Below are positions 61,401-64,000 of a stretch of DNA of 64,000 nucleotides, piece by piece. The position numbers and the translations under genes were made by a program. Below the pieces are notes generated by a model that was not told the DNA's origin, made no database searches, and worked only from the letters and a program-made list of their open reading frames with translations. Origin of the DNA: Phoronis australis (lineage: Eukaryota > Animalia > Phoronida); the NCBI GenBank assembly GCA_002633005.1, contig NMRA01000020.1, positions 826,803 to 890,802 on the forward strand. The letters run 5' to 3'. Position 1 is the stretch's first letter. Each line of letters opens with the position of its first letter.

Positions 61401-63725
61401 AACACTTAGTCGTCAGAGGTTTCACACTGATATTGTGGGATAAGCAGCATTTAATTAAAAAGTCAGATCTGAAACTCACACTGTATTCTGCAATAAATTG
61501 GTGGTCAGGAGTTCCTTTTAGCCTTTATTTCCAGACTGTTTCATGTGTAAGTCATGGTTGAGAAAAGACTGAAGCCTTTGACATATATGCAATTAGTCAC
61601 ATTCACATTAACTATCTGAGATTTGCTAACATTTGTAGACTCCTAAATACAGTCAGTTGCTTCTTCATACCTAGATGTTGTGCTTGGTTGTGCTAAAGTA
61701 GTATGACAGCTCGTTTTAGTAGAAATGTTTTGTTACATGACTAGTTTTAATCACAAACAAAATGCAGATTGTGTTTTCATCTCGCTGTATGATTTCTATC
61801 TTTCTCCAGCTATTACCGAGCATGATCTGGGACATAGTGCCACGGTTGTGTTGGAAAAGTCTGCCCCACAGAAGCTTCAGAACATGCCACTTATAACGAT
61901 TCAAAAACACGATAGTGGAAAGTGAGTAGGAGCAGCCATATTATCTAGGCCTTTATCCATTTGATGTGCATTTTATTTGTTTGTTCTTGTCAATTCAAAT
62001 TTGTGTTGTTGATAAATTTATGAGGTGCAAAATTAGTTTGAATTGCAAAATGTGAACGTCACATCAAACCGTAGTCATGAAATCGCATCTTTATGTGCCC
62101 CCATGATAGATGTGGGTGCATTATGCTGTCATTTCTGTCCACTGTTTCATCTCAAAAACCTCTTCAGTTGAATGATCGTAGACATTTGCAGACATATTCT
62201 GTTTAACTACTGTTATACACCTCGGTTTCAATTTTGTTTTTTACATTATCATCTACATCTACCTATTATGTCCTTGGCGAATTTTTGGGAAACATGGCAA
62301 ATATGTAGAGACTTTGATGCCTTCTCATTTTCAGTCTACATAATCAGCGCCCTCCAGTAGCCATTTCTTTGTTATTTTTGCGTCTGTTTCTTGGCATCCG
62401 TCTGTATTTGTCAAAGTGCTTAAAGTATCAGCTTGTGAAATTTCACAGACGTGTTCGTACTGAGATGACTACGGATAACGATGATTTTCAGACCTTTTGC
62501 ACTACTGTGGCAATTTAGGTTTCCTTTGTGTGAGTCTCTACATCTACCTACCAGTAGTTCCTTGATGGATTTTCATTAAATTTAGCAAATAAGTTTTCTT
62601 ATATGGAGACAGCGACTCATTCAATTTTCTGATGGATTTAGTGTATCCGTCCCCCCATTTGGCCATCTATTGTTGGTGTCTTGCATCTCTATCCGCCAAA
62701 CCTCTTTACAGATCACTATGAAATTGTCCATGTTTAGATGATCACCTCCGATGTAGATTTTCAGATGATTTCAACAGGTGTGTCCCCCAAGTTTGTACTT
62801 AATTATGTTCCTGAAATTTCAAATGTCTTCCAATAACTGACTTGAAATAGTTGCGCCATATTGAATTTCGCTATTCCGCCAGACGGAGAACAGGTCTTAG
62901 GTGGATATCATTTTAGCACCATCTACAGATCCCATATAATACGGACGGAAGGTTTCAACCTGCTAGAGGTATAAACAGCATTTTAACACCTTTCTACTGT
63001 TGTGCGGTGGAATGTACTAATGCCTTACGAAAAAAGACAAACCTCTTGAAATATCAATGGAAGAATGAGGACATCGTGTTCCATTTCCCACTGGGATGAA
63101 GAATCTGTGACAAAGCCATTGAATGTGGTTGATAAAGTGGAGGAATTTTGATCCCAGTCAGTGTCAAAAACGTTAAAATAAATTAGTGAACTTAAACTAA
63201 TCAAACAATGAGAGGGACGGACAATGGAATTTAATTTGTCTGCTTTTAAATTAATGAACCACTATGTAGTAATTGAACTTCTGTCCACGAAATCTGAGTC
63301 AGGATCAAGCGGTCGTTTCGGGCTAGTGGGAATTTAGGTTTTCTTTATGAATGACACTTGATGTATGTTAATTAAAATATTAAGTTTATATCAAGGAGTC
63401 AACAGCATTTACCTAACTTCTGACAGATTTGGCTCGTGCTGCACCCCCCAGTGGCCTTTTTATTAAACAACCCTAAAAACACACTGTAAGCGATGCAGTC
63501 GTGGACACAGTACTATACCTTGTGTCGCTGCTGTTGTTGGTGGTAAGGTGTAGTGTTGTCTTCCCAGTTTAAGTCTTCTGTTAATTTCTGTTTGTTCCAG
63601 ACTTCCATCCTTTGCCCCCCTTACACACCTGAACAGCGCCACATTACCAGCCATTTTTGTGCTGAAGCTGCAGAAGCCGGTCCCAGTCTGCACTGCCCTA
63701 CTCAGAGACATCTCAGGTGTTGCTG
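55438..63725 (+). CDS. MED1: Mediator of RNA polymerase II transcription subunit 1, N-terminal 9 exons (gene continues past the window)
   Basis: LMSKLRHK..KSWMDTAKALR, SLDTLQKAIKVTTFSGMQERLEVISRQLGLK, FISSDMFYVEV, DVKITHE, SCPEM..HLKGL..IY, KTKAYISLQSLEQDL, PRQGGQPMKLTYFVAPYDLL, KLQNMPL, LPAIFVLKLQKPVP: Med1 N-terminal domain; consistent splice phases. Confidence 0.92.
56851..56960 (+). CDS. MED1: MED1 exon 2
   Basis: DSDAEFRLKDLMSKLRHKSNQLKSWMDTAKALRMAVT. Confidence 0.88.
57095..57356. repeat. 53-bp minisatellite, ~4.7 copies, in MED1 intron 2
   Basis: Unit cttggctgttttagatgga.gtattgtgttcaagcacaacctctgtggtt.g at 57112, 57165, 57218 and following. Confidence 0.9.
57401..57479 (+). CDS. MED1: MED1 exon 3
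   Basis: DKRYQSDALDRGRLQKSLDTLQKAIK. Confidence 0.88.
57495..57565 (-). mobile_element. possible tRNA-derived SINE head
   Basis: Minus strand TGGCAGGTGGT (A-box-like) and GGATTCGAATACC (B-box-like). Confidence 0.3.
57715..58231 (+). mobile_element. 5'-truncated HINE-like copy
   Basis: Internal units (gtgccccc..tggc; aagttcctt.atgg) and 3' GTGGGCGCATTTCAGCATTTTGTGTTGCTCTTGT. Confidence 0.6.
58618..58802 (+). CDS. MED1: MED1 exon 4
   Basis: VTTFSGMQERLEVISRQLGLKY...ISSDMFYVEV...DVKITHEQWDPV. Confidence 0.92.
59138..59238 (+). CDS. MED1: MED1 exon 5
   Basis: SCPEMAKLLEVSDFHKFAEHLKGLIAIYSIVGD. Confidence 0.9.
59397..59740. mobile_element. MITE with ~70-bp imperfect TIRs
   Basis: tcaccctgttaagc..aggccttttactctcataaaataagtctc versus gagacctattttatgtgagtaaaaggcct..gcttaatagcagggtga; a related end occurs at 33063-33133. 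Confidence 0.6.
59760..59840. repeat. 28-bp tandem repeat, ~2.8 copies
   Basis: ttgagcaacagatggca.cgtttgtatt three times. Confidence 0.9.
60222..60361 (+). CDS. MED1: MED1 exon 6
   Basis: KQKTKAYISLQSLEQDLNVVAQLQSSISGVANYIHKVLGILQPRQG; AAG acceptor. Confidence 0.88.
60918..61004 (+). CDS. MED1: MED1 exon 7
   Basis: GQPMKLTYFVAPYDLLNSKTKTSYPLTVE. Confidence 0.9.
61810..61921 (+). CDS. MED1: MED1 exon 8
   Basis: AITEHDLGHSATVVLEKSAPQKLQNMPLITIQKHDSG. Confidence 0.88.
62091..62790 (+). mobile_element. 3'-truncated HINE-like copy
   Basis: 5' tttATGTGCCCC..GTGGGTGCATtatgctgtcatttctgtcc and internal units as in the 26701 copy. Confidence 0.6.
63601..63725 (+). CDS. MED1: MED1 exon 9
   Basis: LPSFAPLTHLNSATLPAIFVLKLQKPVPVCTALLRDISGVA. 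Confidence 0.9.
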
Positions 63726-64000
63726 GTAAGTCGCGCAGCTCAGGCAGGATCCTCATTTCTTCAAGTTTAGGAGGGGGGAGATTGACTAACTGATTCTTGG
63801 GCGGAGGTAGTACCTTCTTTTTACTGAGGGAAATGTGAATTGTTTTTGGCATAATACGTGCTTTCTAACTTTGCATAATATGAGCTCCATTCATGCTTTA
63901 GAAATTTCAGAGTTGCTCTTTCTTGGTTGGGTGTATTCAGTAAGTTGTGTTGTCCTACAGTTGATTATCCATGGCTAAATTTTTGAGAAATTATAAAAGA

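Noticed and set aside
63463-63852. 129-aa minus-strand ORF
   Set aside because: Antisense to MED1 exon 9 and flanking introns; no homology

Overview
Eukaryotic (metazoan, most likely marine invertebrate; taxon not determinable from the sequence alone) genomic scaffold with spliced genes and N gaps. Three protein-coding genes were assembled by hand with GT-AG boundaries and consistent phase: (1) a 3-exon secreted/GPI-type Ly6/uPAR three-finger protein of the quiver/sleepless type on the minus strand (6999->613, 160 aa); (2) a complete 19-exon SHIP-family inositol 5-phosphatase on the plus strand (21983-50583, ~1189 aa; SH2, PH-like, 5-phosphatase, C2, Pro/Tyr-rich tail, SAM; SHIP2/INPPL1 architecture); (3) the first nine exons of Mediator subunit MED1 (55438-63725, continuing past the window). 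Most short ORFs in the six-frame track are noise. The non-coding DNA holds several transposon families: a Helentron/HINE-like family (about 6-7 copies, all in the sense orientation of the host genes), a decayed hAT element with 16-bp TIRs and a 5-bp TSD, an Academ-like TIR element filling most of SHIP intron 2, hAT MITEs, tRNA-SINE fragments and minisatellites. Two near-perfect ~1 kb tandem duplications joined at single Ns are probably haplotype assembly artefacts. I find no convincing new multi-gene system. The most interesting items are the altered tyrosine-motif tail and fused exons of the invertebrate SHIP, a duplicated catalytic-motif fragment beside a Helentron end, the unusual transposons and an intronic hairpin.
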